In this document: positions 9,571 to 19,566 of the stretch, in pieces
Layout: every line of letters begins with the position of its first letter
Position numbering within the stretch: position 1 is the stretch's first letter
NCBI GenBank assembly: GCA_018056215.1
Contig: JAGPGB010000001.1
Location: 1-41,126 of the forward strand
Reading direction: 5' to 3'
Length of the DNA stretch: 41,126 nt
Source of the DNA: Bacteroidales bacterium
GTDB lineage: Bacteria; Bacteroidota; Bacteroidia; Bacteroidales; DTU049
Notes under the pieces: generated by a model
What the model saw: only the letters and a program-made list of their open reading frames with translations
What the model was told of the DNA's origin: nothing
Databases searched by the model: none
Made by a program: the position numbers and the translations under genes

Positions 9571-9600
9571 AAAAGAGGCAGCAAGTTGCTGCCTCTTTTT
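9571..9600. terminator. Bidirectional rho-independent terminator between convergent genes
   Basis: AAAA-GAGGCAGC-AAGTT-GCTGCCTC-TTTTT is a GC-rich 8-bp stem flanked by an A run and a T run. It sits between the stop at 9542 (+) and the stop at 9599 (-). Confidence 0.8.
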
Positions 9601-10246
9601 ATTTCATTTTTACATCATTTTTATAATAATTTTTTTCTATAGTATCCCCATCTATAGATAAAACAATTTCTATCCCGTTTTTTTGATTGTTCTCAAAGTA
9701 AGTAATAGACTGTATATTATCAGAATATGGATAAAAAGTCGTGAGCACACCATTACCATTATCAAATTGACCGATACCTACGAGAAATCCATTTTCATTA
9801 TAATAATGCCATTTGCCATCAAACTTTCCCTTTTTATAAAATCCTTCTTTTTTCACCATATTATTAGAATAGTATTCTCTGTAAATCCCATTCAAAGTAT
9901 CATTCTCATAGGTTAATTCTTCTATTATATTACCCAGAATGTCATAATAAATAGCAGTACCATTTTTTTTATTATTTTCATATTTAATAATAGATTTTAT
10001 ACTACCATTAGGATAATATTCTTTATAATCGCCATTTAGCATGTTTTGAGAATAATTCATTTCAGCAATTTTATTTCCAGCTTTATCATATTGATATGCT
10101 GCACCATGCTTTAATCCTTTTTTTATAGAATATTCCGCTGCTAAAGATCCATCAGGATAATACAATTTTTCTACTCGCTGACAACCAGATAAAAGTATCA
10201 AACTAAAAAATAAGAGAAATAAATTTATTTTCATATTATTTTTCAT
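9599..10246 (-). CDS. MORN-repeat-variant (YwqK-like) lipoprotein
   Basis: It has repeated YYPNGxxxxxxxYxNxxxxG units and a lipobox, LLSGC. The ORF-track start at 10258 is a TTG. In-frame ATGs at 10246 and 10234 are more plausible, so the exact start is uncertain. Confidence 0.75.
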   Translation of the reverse strand: MKNNMKINLFLLFFSLILLSGCQRVEKLYYPDGSLAAEYSIKKGLKHGAAYQYDKAGNKIAEMNYSQNMLNGDYKEYYPNGSIKSIIKYENNKKNGTAIYYDILGNIIEELTYENDTLNGIYREYYSNNMVKKEGFYKKGKFDGKWHYYNENGFLVGIGQFDNGNGVLTTFYPYSDNIQSITYFENNQKNGIEIVLSIDGDTIEKNYYKNDVKMK

Positions 10247-10418
10247 ATTATTTTTCAAATTTAAGAAATTTTTCTAATAGTATACAGGGTTTTAATAACA
10301 ATTAATCAATGATAATATGAAAAGTGAAATCAATTTTCTTACAAATGTAATTTGATTTACATTAAAAAATTTACATCTATTGAAATATTAGCTTTTATCG
10401 TAGCTTTTTCTAAGGTGA

Positions 10419-11453
10419 TTAATGAATTTCACTCATTTCTCCACGCAATGGTGTTTGTAGTAATTCTTTAATTTTGTTTTTATCTTTGATATTACCTAAT
10501 AAAAACATTGATTTAGTAATAGCAGACTCAGTAGTAATATCATTACCAGAAATGACTCCGATATTTTCTAAACTAAGAGATGTTTCATATCTGCCCAGCT
10601 CTACTCTACCAGCTTTGCATTGAGTGATATTTAGAATTATTTTACCATGTTGTATTGCTGTTTTTATCGTTTGTAAAAAATCATCATATGTTGGGGCATT
10701 TCCTGATCCGAAAGTTTCTAAAATGATAATTTTTAAATCATTATCACACAATATGTCGCTCATATTTTTTATAGGCATACCTGGATAGATTTTTACTAAG
10801 CCTACAGAATTGTCTAAATTTTTATATACCTTTAGTTGTTTATTATTAGGTTTATTGATATACTCATGATAATATCTGATATGTACTCCCACTTGAGCTA
10901 ATACAGGGTAGTTGCCACTATAGAAAGCATCGAAATTTTCTGCATTAAACTTTGAGGTTCTATTACCTCTAAATAGTTTATTTTCGAAATATATCGCTAC
11001 TTCTGGAACTATGGGCTTATCATTATCGTATGCAGAAGCAATTTCTAAAGAAGCTATCAAGTTTTCTCTGCCATCAGTCCTTATCATATCCAAAGGCAAT
11101 TGAGAGCCTGTCATGATAATTGGTTTATTTAGATTTTCTAATAAAAAACTGAGAGCAGAGGCAGTGTATGCCATAGTATCTGTACCATGCAAGATAACAA
11201 AGCCATCAAATAAATTATAATTTTTTTCAATAATTTCAGCTAATTCTATCCAGTGTCTTGGCAAAATATTAGAAGAGTCTATAGGAGTCTCAAAGGAAAC
11301 ATGAGCGATATCTATGGGCATACGATCTAAATAAGAAATATAAGTATTTAACTGATCAAAATTAATAGGAACCAAGGTTTTTAGCTTTTTATCATATACC
11401 ATTCCTATAGTACCTCCTGTATATATTAACAATACTTTTCTTTTATTATTCAT
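10419..11453 (-). CDS. ansA: L-asparaginase, type I (cytoplasmic)
   Basis: The N-terminal active-site motif is VLLIYTGGTIGM, followed by HGTDTM, at the full length typical of AnsA. Confidence 0.85.
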   Translation of the reverse strand: MNNKRKVLLIYTGGTIGMVYDKKLKTLVPINFDQLNTYISYLDRMPIDIAHVSFETPIDSSNILPRHWIELAEIIEKNYNLFDGFVILHGTDTMAYTASALSFLLENLNKPIIMTGSQLPLDMIRTDGRENLIASLEIASAYDNDKPIVPEVAIYFENKLFRGNRTSKFNAENFDAFYSGNYPVLAQVGVHIRYYHEYINKPNNKQLKVYKNLDNSVGLVKIYPGMPIKNMSDILCDNDLKIIILETFGSGNAPTYDDFLQTIKTAIQHGKIILNITQCKAGRVELGRYETSLSLENIGVISGNDITTESAITKSMFLLGNIKDKNKIKELLQTPLRGEMSEIH

Positions 11454-11467
11454 GATTTAATATTTTT

Positions 11468-12250
11468 TTACAAAGAAAATAATTTTTTAGCATTTGCTGT
11501 AGTTTTAGCAGATACTATGTCTACATTCACATTTAATATATCGGCAATTTTATTAGCTATGATAGGAATATATGAGCTTTCATTCCTTTTCCCTCTATAT
11601 GGAACAGGAGTCAAATAGGGTGCATCAGTTTCTAAAACTAAATTTTCTAAACCAATTTTTTTAATAGTTTCACTCAAATTGCTATTTTTAAAAGTTACCA
11701 CACCACCTATTCCTAAATAAAAACCTCGCTCAATTATCTGCATAGCCTCATCTATAGAGCCAGTGAAGCAATGAAAAACTCCACGTAGATTATTAGCAAA
11801 ATCATTTAAAATATCTAATATCACATTTAATGAATTACGTTGATGTATACATACAGGCAAATTATAATCTATAGACCACTGTAATTGCTGGTGGAAAGCT
11901 ATTTTTTGCTCTACTAAAAAAGTATCATCCCAATATAAATCTATTCCTATTTCACCTATTCCTACATAATATTTATGATTATGTTTTAATTCATTTTCTA
12001 TAAAAATTAGCTCCTCATGATAATTTTCATTCACACTCTCTGGATGAACTCCTATCATCATACGTTGTAAGGCTGTATTCATATTATAGCATTGCCACAT
12101 AGCATCGTAGTTTTTACTATCTATAGCAGGCAAAATAATAGTATTTACACTATTTTGGATAGCTCTATCTAATACTTCTGATCTATCATTATCGAAATCT
12201 TCTAAATAAAGATGAGAATGTGTATCTATGTATACTAAAGTTTCTCCCAT
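11468..12250 (-). CDS. TatD-family metal-dependent hydrolase/DNase
   Basis: It has YIDTHSHL at the N-terminus, plus GEIGIDLYW, HCFTG and LETDAPYL motifs. It overlaps the upstream gene end by 16 nt. Confidence 0.85.
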   Translation of the reverse strand: MGETLVYIDTHSHLYLEDFDNDRSEVLDRAIQNSVNTIILPAIDSKNYDAMWQCYNMNTALQRMMIGVHPESVNENYHEELIFIENELKHNHKYYVGIGEIGIDLYWDDTFLVEQKIAFHQQLQWSIDYNLPVCIHQRNSLNVILDILNDFANNLRGVFHCFTGSIDEAMQIIERGFYLGIGGVVTFKNSNLSETIKKIGLENLVLETDAPYLTPVPYRGKRNESSYIPIIANKIADILNVNVDIVSAKTTANAKKLFSL

Positions 12251-15207
12251 AAATAATGATATACTTTATTATCTATATATAATTGTAAAATATAAATACC
12301 AGGTTGTAGTTCGCTTATTGGTATTACGATATAATCACCTACTTGAGTCATCTGAGCATTAATTTTATTACCTAATAAATCAAAAATTTCGATACTATTA
12401 ATATTATTATCAAATTTAATATTAATAAAATCGGTTGCTGGATTAGGATAAATATTTACTTGTGGGTTAAAATCATTTATATTATTTGGATTAATATAAA
12501 CAAAACCATCACTAAAAGTATTAATGGATAGACCAGCATTATTGATAGATTTGACTGTCAGATAATAATAATTGTAATTTATTAAACTAGTAGGATAAAA
12601 GGAATAGAAATTATTTATACCTACATTAGTCCATGGTAAAGTATTATCGTACCCGGGCACAGTACCTATGCACACTTTATAATTACTTATCCCACTATTA
12701 GGGTCATTAGCTTGTCCCCATTGTGCAGACATTGGTAGCATAAAAATAGTATCATAATCTTGGCCGATACCATCCCAGACAAATGAAGGAGGAAGAGGGG
12801 TGGTGTAATCTACAAAAACATCAAGCATAGCTAAATTAGATAGGTTATCTGCACTATCTTGTATTATACTTTTTATTTTACCTGCTGGTGAAGAGGGATT
12901 AATGCTTTCATATCTCAAATCTTTTGTGTTATTATTACCTACCCCAATAATATAGGCAGTATTAGGATAACGGGATCTATATATTTTTATTTGGTTAAAT
13001 TGTGCAATACAATTGCCAGTCCTAAAAGACACAAAACGACCATTAGTATTATAAGGTTGGCTATCTATCCATTTCCCTTTAAATAAATTGTTTACATAAA
13101 CCCATATGCCACCATCTATTCTATCATATATTACTTTTATATTATACCATTGGTTTAAATTTATTGTACAGGGGACCTCATAAGTTTTTGTAAAAGTATT
13201 ATTAGTTACTTTATAAAACTCTAAATTGTTAGTTTCTAACCTAAACCAAATAAAGTAACCATTACCTCTATTTTCTAATACCGAATCTGAAGAGAAAAAA
13301 TAAAGTCCAAAACGTTTATTTGTTACTGTATTTCCTAGTATTTTAGCTTCAAATTCATACAAATATCTATTTGAAAGTTCTTGATTTAAAAATGTATTTA
13401 TATGTGTATTATTAATGGTAGAATCTGTCTGCATTAAATAACCATTTTGTTGTATCCAGTTACCAGAGATTATATTCCATCGATTGTTTATAGAAGGAGC
13501 ATCAAAATTATCCGCTAAAAAGCCTCTACTCTCATTTGCTCCCCAATCTACGCCATCATATTCTATCACTTGGTAATAAGCTTTTTGTATACCACTCATG
13601 TCATCTGAATCATGAAAGGTAACTATGAAATCTTGTGTTTGCCAATGAGCAATAGAATCTATGAAAGTAATCGGCCTAACAGTATCACTAGGAGCTTGTT
13701 CACATTGATAAACTAGAGAAAAACCTTGATTATTAGTTGATGCATTAGAATGAAATTGTAATGTGAAAGCACCAGAGTTAGCTATCAAAGTACCTGGATT
13801 ATTAGATCCTGTAAAAGATCCTATCAAGGGTGCAGCAGTAGTGCTACCATTATATAATCTGAGATAATCATTACTGTTTTCTAAATTAAATTGACTAAAA
13901 TTAATTGTTATTGATTGACTATTAGGAGGTGCGATAGTATATGTATAATCTTCATTATCATAATAATTTCTAAGAGGTCCTCCCATATCGAATAAACTAT
14001 CAATGCAAGGATTCACCGAACAAGTAGTAAAATGTTCACTTATATTATCCCAATAATCTGTATATCCATCATCATTACCTAATGCCCATATGCCCATACC
14101 AGCAAGATTTCTTTGATTTATTAAATCCATTCGTCTTCCCATACTATATTTATCATCTATGAAGCATTGTCGCCATTCTGTTCCATTATTAAAAACATAA
14201 GCAGGCGTAAATGATGCTCTGTCCCAGACTTTATTTGACTGAGTATAATAACCTGTAGAGTTGTCTCTAACAAACTTGTAAGTACGTGAAACACAATTAG
14301 GCGGATTATTAACAGATGAAGGAATAGTATTAGATACTGTACCATATTCTCTACCATAATAAGGCAATGCAAGAATTAATTTATTGGCAGGACAGCCTTT
14401 ATTTAAATAATAATTAACTGATTTAGCAAGAGTATAATTATATGAAGTTACGAAGTTATATAAAGGATCTGTAGGACCTGCAGTAGTACTGCCACCATAA
14501 TAATAATCATATCCCATAATTATGAAATAATCCACTTTATCCTTCATAGCATTAATATCAAATATATCACTCCATTCTACTGCATTAATAGCTATTGTAA
14601 CCTCAGAACCTGGTATACGTGTATGAAAAGTATCTGCTAGCTCATTCATAAAATTAGTAAATGCAGTTTTGTGTGTAGAGCTCATACCTTCGAAATCTAT
14701 ATTCACACCATGCGCTCCTCTATTTATTACAAGTGTTACTATCTGATGCATAAAATTTCTCTGAGCAGTGATATTATTAAAAAAAGTAGTATGATTACTA
14801 AACAGTGTAGCACACAAGTGGACTTTAACACCTGCATTTAGTGCATCTGTAACAGACTGTATAGTGCTAAAACTGTGTGTAGACACGTAATTACCTGTAT
14901 TATAATCTACCTCATATGCGAAATAAGCAAAATGACTTAAAAGATTCCAATCATAATTTGCTTGTAAACCATTCTGCCAATAAGGATGCCATCCATAAAC
15001 TACTTTTGTTAAAGAACAATTACTTTTCGGTGTATGCTGAATATTAGCTCTATGAGTAGAATTATATTCTTGATAATCCTCTGCAGATAAGCCAGTAGAG
15101 TTATAATAATTTAACTCCTCCTCGTGAATTGATACCTGGCTGAATGATTCATTATTAATAGTAATAATCAAAATAATACCTAAAATCGAAAGAATATGTT
15201 TTTTCAT
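12235..15207 (-). CDS. Glycoside hydrolase family 18 (YaaH/chitinase-like) + CUB-like domain + type-A T9SS C-terminal sorting domain
   Basis: It has a signal peptide and the GH18 catalytic block HGVNIDFEG with the D-x-E retained. The CUB-like segment is YLRLYNGSTTAAPLIGSFTG...FSLVYQC. The C-terminus is Por_Secre_tail-like (NIYPNPATDFINIKF...GIYILQLYIDNKV). Confidence 0.8.
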   Translation of the reverse strand: MKKHILSILGIILIITINNESFSQVSIHEEELNYYNSTGLSAEDYQEYNSTHRANIQHTPKSNCSLTKVVYGWHPYWQNGLQANYDWNLLSHFAYFAYEVDYNTGNYVSTHSFSTIQSVTDALNAGVKVHLCATLFSNHTTFFNNITAQRNFMHQIVTLVINRGAHGVNIDFEGMSSTHKTAFTNFMNELADTFHTRIPGSEVTIAINAVEWSDIFDINAMKDKVDYFIIMGYDYYYGGSTTAGPTDPLYNFVTSYNYTLAKSVNYYLNKGCPANKLILALPYYGREYGTVSNTIPSSVNNPPNCVSRTYKFVRDNSTGYYTQSNKVWDRASFTPAYVFNNGTEWRQCFIDDKYSMGRRMDLINQRNLAGMGIWALGNDDGYTDYWDNISEHFTTCSVNPCIDSLFDMGGPLRNYYDNEDYTYTIAPPNSQSITINFSQFNLENSNDYLRLYNGSTTAAPLIGSFTGSNNPGTLIANSGAFTLQFHSNASTNNQGFSLVYQCEQAPSDTVRPITFIDSIAHWQTQDFIVTFHDSDDMSGIQKAYYQVIEYDGVDWGANESRGFLADNFDAPSINNRWNIISGNWIQQNGYLMQTDSTINNTHINTFLNQELSNRYLYEFEAKILGNTVTNKRFGLYFFSSDSVLENRGNGYFIWFRLETNNLEFYKVTNNTFTKTYEVPCTINLNQWYNIKVIYDRIDGGIWVYVNNLFKGKWIDSQPYNTNGRFVSFRTGNCIAQFNQIKIYRSRYPNTAYIIGVGNNNTKDLRYESINPSSPAGKIKSIIQDSADNLSNLAMLDVFVDYTTPLPPSFVWDGIGQDYDTIFMLPMSAQWGQANDPNSGISNYKVCIGTVPGYDNTLPWTNVGINNFYSFYPTSLINYNYYYLTVKSINNAGLSINTFSDGFVYINPNNINDFNPQVNIYPNPATDFINIKFDNNINSIEIFDLLGNKINAQMTQVGDYIVIPISELQPGIYILQLYIDNKVYHYLWEKL

Positions 15208-15325
15208 ACAAACAAAAAATTATTTACAAATATAAATGATAATTTTTAATTCACATTACAGATATTTAATAAAATTCATCAGTTAAGCTCAGGATATAAT
15301 AATATTATATTATATTACGATCAAT

Positions 15326-15362
15326 AAAAAAAGCGTAAATATAAATATTTACGCTTTTTTTT
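15326..15362. terminator. Rho-independent terminator downstream of rplQ (bidirectional geometry)
   Basis: AAAAAA-AGCGTAAATA-TAAA-TATTTACGCT-TTTTTTT is a 10-bp stem with a 4-nt loop. It lies 28 nt beyond the rplQ stop. Confidence 0.75.
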
Positions 15363-15389
15363 AAAAGTATAAAATGGAATAATTATAAA

Positions 15390-15935
15390 TTATTCTTTAT
15401 TTTCATTTTCTACATCAGGTGTAGAGGTAGGTTCTGCAATTATATCTGTTTGATCAGTATTGATATCTGTAGCTTTAGCTTCAGTATCTGCAGGAGTAGA
15501 TTTTTTAGGTCTACCACCACCACGTCTAGTTTTAGGTTTAGCAGCAGCTTTAGAAGTTTTAGATTGAGTATATTCCTCGTTAAAATCTACTAATTCTATC
15601 ATACACATATGAGCTGCATCTCCGACGCGATATCCAGTTTTTAGGATACGTGTATATCCACCGGGTCTATTTACTACTTTAGGAGCTATCTCATCGAATA
15701 ATATTTTCACTGCTTCTTTGTTTTGTAATTTAGCGAAAGCTAATCTTCTATTAGCAGTATTATCATTTTTAGTGAGAGTAATTATTGGTTCTATAAATTT
15801 TCGTAATTCTTTTGCTTTAGGAACGGTAGTATTTATTCTTTTATGTTTTATCAATGCGATTGATAAATTCTTTAATAATGCTTTACGATGAGCAGTGGTA
15901 CGTCCTAAATGATTAACTTTATTTCTATGTCTCAT
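15390..15935 (-). CDS. rplQ: 50S ribosomal protein L17 (with a ~60-aa low-complexity C-terminal extension)
   Basis: [24 protein letters not shown]...GGYTRILK is the L17 core. It follows rpoA, as in the alpha operon. Confidence 0.95.
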   Translation of the reverse strand: MRHRNKVNHLGRTTAHRKALLKNLSIALIKHKRINTTVPKAKELRKFIEPIITLTKNDNTANRRLAFAKLQNKEAVKILFDEIAPKVVNRPGGYTRILKTGYRVGDAAHMCMIELVDFNEEYTQSKTSKAAAKPKTRRGGGRPKKSTPADTEAKATDINTDQTDIIAEPTSTPDVENENKE

Positions 15936-15939
15936 AACT

Positions 15940-16944
15940 TTATTCTTTATCTAAATTATACTTAGAAACATTCATACCAAAATAGAGATTTTTAGATTTT
16001 ACTAATTCTTCGACTTCGGAGAGTGATTTTTTACCAAAATTTCTAAACTTTAGTAAATCATTTTTAGTATAGCTAACTAATTGGCCTAATGTTTCAATAT
16101 CAGCTGTTTTCAAACAATTAATAGCTCGCACGCTAAGGTCTAAATCTGAAAGTTTAGTAAGCAAAAGTTTTCGCATTTGCTCGTAGTTATCATCTATATT
16201 ATCATCTTTAGTCTCTTCTACTCTTTCAATAGTGGTTTGTAGAGTATATTTTTTTGCTAGGAAAACTTCAAGATGTTGCATTAGTATATTAGCGGAGTCA
16301 TTAATTGCTGTATAAGGGCTTAAAGTACCATCAGTAACGATCTCTAGGATTAATTTTTCATAATCAGTTTTTTGACCTACGCGAAAATTTTCTATTGAGT
16401 AAGAAACATTTTTTATAGGAGTAAATACTGCATCCAGAGTGATAGTACCTAATGGAGCGTCATGATCTTTTAGTTCTTCAGCCAGCACATAACCGCGACC
16501 TTTTTGAATTTTAAGATCAATATTTAGTTTTACAGTTGGTTCAAGAGTACAAATATGTAAATCAGGATTAATAACAGTGAAATTAGTTAAATATTTATTT
16601 ATATCACCAGCTTTAAATTCTGTTTGGCCAGTAATAACAATATTTATATTTTCAGAATCTACATTTTCAAAATTTGGTTTTAGTCTTACTTGTTTTAAAT
16701 TTAAACCAATAAAAATAACATCTTCTAATACTCCATCAATAGAAGTATATTCATGAGGAACCTCATTAATACGAAATTGAGTTATTGCATAACCTTCCAA
16801 AGAGGACAAAAGTACTCTTCTAAGAGCATTACCAATAGTAATGCCATAACCAGGTTCTAATGGTTGTAATTCAAATACACCATAAGTTTCTGTATTTTCG
16901 GTTATGATAACTTGATCAGGTTTTTGGAAATCCAATAATGCCAT
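15940..16944 (-). CDS. rpoA: DNA-directed RNA polymerase subunit alpha
   Basis: N-terminal domain motif [14 protein letters not shown] and alpha-CTD motif [12 protein letters not shown]. It sits between rpsD and rplQ. Confidence 0.95.
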   Translation of the reverse strand: MALLDFQKPDQVIITENTETYGVFELQPLEPGYGITIGNALRRVLLSSLEGYAITQFRINEVPHEYTSIDGVLEDVIFIGLNLKQVRLKPNFENVDSENINIVITGQTEFKAGDINKYLTNFTVINPDLHICTLEPTVKLNIDLKIQKGRGYVLAEELKDHDAPLGTITLDAVFTPIKNVSYSIENFRVGQKTDYEKLILEIVTDGTLSPYTAINDSANILMQHLEVFLAKKYTLQTTIERVEETKDDNIDDNYEQMRKLLLTKLSDLDLSVRAINCLKTADIETLGQLVSYTKNDLLKFRNFGKKSLSEVEELVKSKNLYFGMNVSKYNLDKE

Positions 16945-16953
16945 AATATTATT

Positions 16954-17559
16954 TTACTTACTATATAATTCTACGATTAACTGTTCATTAATATTTTCAG
17001 GAATTTCAGCACGAACAGGATATTGCAAAAAAGTACCTTCCATATTAGATTGATCCCATTGCAGCCATGAATATTTATCTACTCTAGCAGCTAATGATTC
17101 CTGAATAACAAATAATGATTTTGATTTTTCTCTGACGCCAACAACATCACCTGGTCTTATCATAAATGATGGTACATTAACAACCACACCATTGACAGTA
17201 ATATGTTTATGAGATACTAATTGTCTAGCTGCAGGGCGTGTTTTTGCTATTCCTAATCTATAAACAACATTATCTAGACGAGATTCTAATATTTGCATTA
17301 AATTCTCACCAGTGACGCCACCTTTAGATATAGCTATTTGATAAAATCTTCTAAATTGAGCTTCTTGAACTCCATAGGTATATTTTGCCTTTTGTTTTTC
17401 TAGTAGCTGCATTCTATATTCGCTAGGTTTTCTTCTTTTTCTAGCTAAGCCATGCAGACCAGGAGGATAATTCTTTTTTTCATAATATTTATCATATCCA
17501 TACACTGGAGATCCTAATGAACGAGCTATTTTAGTTTTTGGACCTATATATCTTGCCAT
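16954..17559 (-). CDS. rpsD: 30S ribosomal protein S4
   Basis: [17 protein letters not shown]-terminus and an S4 RNA-binding domain ([10 protein letters not shown]). Confidence 0.95.
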   Translation of the reverse strand: MARYIGPKTKIARSLGSPVYGYDKYYEKKNYPPGLHGLARKRRKPSEYRMQLLEKQKAKYTYGVQEAQFRRFYQIAISKGGVTGENLMQILESRLDNVVYRLGIAKTRPAARQLVSHKHITVNGVVVNVPSFMIRPGDVVGVREKSKSLFVIQESLAARVDKYSWLQWDQSNMEGTFLQYPVRAEIPENINEQLIVELYSK

Positions 17560-17594
17560 AATTTTTATTTTTAACTTTTTTTTAATTTTATATA

Positions 17595-17990
17595 TTAAAC
17601 TTTACGACGTTTAGGAGGTCTGCATCCATTATGAGGTACTGGAGTAATATCATAAATAGTAATAACCTCTATGCCAGCATTATGAATAGTACGAATTGCA
17701 CTTTCACGACCTGATCCTGGTCCTTTAACATAGACTTTTACTTTTTTAAGTCCAGCGTCTAAAGCTACTTTAGCAGCATCTTCTGCTGCTACTTGTGCTG
17801 CATAGGGTGTATTTTTTTTACTACCTCTGAAACCCATTTTCCCGGCTGATGACCATGAAATGACATCACCTTTTTCATTAGTTAAGGTAACTATCACATT
17901 ATTAAACGTTGCTTGTATATATGCACAACCGAAGGGTTCAACTTTTACAACTCTTTTTTTTGTAGTTGTTCTTGAGCGTGTTTTAGCCAT
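17595..17990 (-). CDS. rpsK: 30S ribosomal protein S11
   Basis: The conserved core is [18 protein letters not shown]...[10 protein letters not shown]. Confidence 0.95.
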   Translation of the reverse strand: MAKTRSRTTTKKRVVKVEPFGCAYIQATFNNVIVTLTNEKGDVISWSSAGKMGFRGSKKNTPYAAQVAAEDAAKVALDAGLKKVKVYVKGPGSGRESAIRTIHNAGIEVITIYDITPVPHNGCRPPKRRKV

Positions 17991-18011
17991 AATAAATCAT
18001 TTTTAAATTTT

Positions 18012-18392
18012 TTAACCTTTAGGTGCTTTTTTCTTTCCTGCAACGGTCTTTTTTCTACCTTTGCGGGTACGTGCATTGGTGCGGGTACGTTGTCCACGTA
18101 CAGGTAATCCAAGACGATGACGTAAACCTCTATAACAGCCTATATCTATTAGGCGTTTGATATTCATTTGCACTTCAGAACGTAAAGCTCCTTCAGTCTT
18201 AATCTCATCATTAATGATTTGACGAATTCTGCTTATCTCATCATCAGTCCAATCTTTCACTTTTTTATCTAAGTCTACGTTTGCCTTGCTTAACACATAA
18301 CGAGCTGTACTTCTACCTATTCCATAGATATATGTAAGGCCTATCTCGCCATGTTTGTTATTAGGTAAATCTACTCCAACGATTCTTGCCAT
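18012..18392 (-). CDS. rpsM: 30S ribosomal protein S13
   Basis: [10 protein letters not shown]...[26 protein letters not shown]. Confidence 0.95.
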   Translation of the reverse strand: MARIVGVDLPNNKHGEIGLTYIYGIGRSTARYVLSKANVDLDKKVKDWTDDEISRIRQIINDEIKTEGALRSEVQMNIKRLIDIGCYRGLRHRLGLPVRGQRTRTNARTRKGRKKTVAGKKKAPKG

Positions 18393-18436
18393 ATTTTCGT
18401 TTATCTTTTTTTAATTTTTACTTTTGAAATCTATTC

Positions 18437-18553
18437 TTATCCTTGTCTTTGTTTATATTTAGGATTTTTCTTATTTATTATATACACTCTGCCTTTTCTT
18501 CTTACTATTTTGTCATCAGGTGTACGTTTTTTCACTGAAGCTCTTACTTTCAT
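18437..18553 (-). CDS. rpmJ: 50S ribosomal protein L36 (38 aa, cysteine-free form)
   Basis: [38 protein letters not shown] starts at the internal ATG (18551-18553). The 66-aa track ORF adds a spurious 28-aa extension that overlaps infA. Confidence 0.9.
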   Translation of the reverse strand: MKVRASVKKRTPDDKIVRRKGRVYIINKKNPKYKQRQG

Positions 18554-18569
18554 AATATTTTTATTTTTT

Positions 18570-18785
18570 TTAATATCTATAAACAATTCTTCCTCTTGTA
18601 AGGTCATAAGGAGACATCTCAACTCGTACTTTATCACCTGGTAAAATACGTATATAATGCATCCTCATTTTGCCACTAATATGAGCTAAAATAACATGAC
18701 CATTATCTAATTCCACTCTAAACATCGCATTACCTAAGCTTTCCTTCACAATTCCATCTTTCTCTATTACATTTTGTTTTGGCAT
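18570..18785 (-). CDS. infA: Translation initiation factor IF-1
   Basis: S1-like fold sequence: [47 protein letters not shown]. Confidence 0.95.
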   Translation of the reverse strand: MPKQNVIEKDGIVKESLGNAMFRVELDNGHVILAHISGKMRMHYIRILPGDKVRVEMSPYDLTRGRIVYRY

Positions 18786-18787
18786 AA

Positions 18788-19564
18788 TTAATTAACCTTC
18801 CATTTTTCATCAATATAATTATAAGTCGACAAAATTACAGATTTTTTTTCATTTATCCAAACCATATGCTCAAAATGAGCTGCTGGTTTATGATCTTTAG
18901 TACGTACAGTCCATCCATCACTTTCATCAAAAACTACCTCTTTCTTACCCATATTTATCATTGGTTCTATACAAATAACCATGCCATCTTCTAACAAATG
19001 TCCTTTACCTTTTTTACCATAATTAGGTACTTGTGGATATTCATGCATTGCTTTACCTATACCATGTCCTACTAACTCTCGCACTACAGAAAAACCATTC
19101 CTCTCAACATAAAGCTGTATAGCAAAACCTATATCACCAGTTTTATTTCCAGCAATAGCTTGTTCTATGCCTTTATATAATGACTCTAATGTAACTTTAA
19201 CTAATTTCCTAACATTTTCATCTACAGGTTCTAGAATAAATGTATAAGCATAATCTCCACAATACCCATTTAAAAATGCACCACAATCCACAGACACTAT
19301 ATCACCTTCTTTAATTACTTGGTCTTTAGGTATTCCATGCACTACAACATCATTAATAGAAATGCAAAGAGTAGCAGGATATCCATTATAATTTTTAAAA
19401 GAGGGAGTACCACCATTATCTCTGATATATTCTTCAGCGATATGGTCTAAATCTTTGGCTAAGACACCTGGCTTTAGCACTTTAGAAACTTCTCCTAATG
19501 TTCTTCCTACCAAGTCTGCACTTTTTTTCATCAACTCCAACTCTTCTAAATCTTTAATTATCAT
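18788..19564 (-). CDS. map: Type I methionine aminopeptidase
   Basis: Metal-ligand context VHGIP, DCGA, GHGIG and EPM. It sits between secY and infA. Confidence 0.9.
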   Translation of the reverse strand: MIIKDLEELELMKKSADLVGRTLGEVSKVLKPGVLAKDLDHIAEEYIRDNGGTPSFKNYNGYPATLCISINDVVVHGIPKDQVIKEGDIVSVDCGAFLNGYCGDYAYTFILEPVDENVRKLVKVTLESLYKGIEQAIAGNKTGDIGFAIQLYVERNGFSVVRELVGHGIGKAMHEYPQVPNYGKKGKGHLLEDGMVICIEPMINMGKKEVVFDESDGWTVRTKDHKPAAHFEHMVWINEKKSVILSTYNYIDEKWKVN

Positions 19565-19566
19565 TA

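Noticed and set aside
9683-9916. Plus-strand 77-aa ORF.
   Set aside because: It is antisense to the MORN-repeat gene, and its peptide is an AT-rich shadow.
14157-14372. Minus-strand 71-aa ORF in another frame of the GH18 gene.
   Set aside because: It is fully nested in an alternative frame of a strongly supported 990-aa CDS.
18554-18637. 28-aa N-terminal extension of the L36 ORF in the track.
   Set aside because: L36 is universally ~37-38 aa and begins MKVRAS. The extension overlaps the 3' end of infA.
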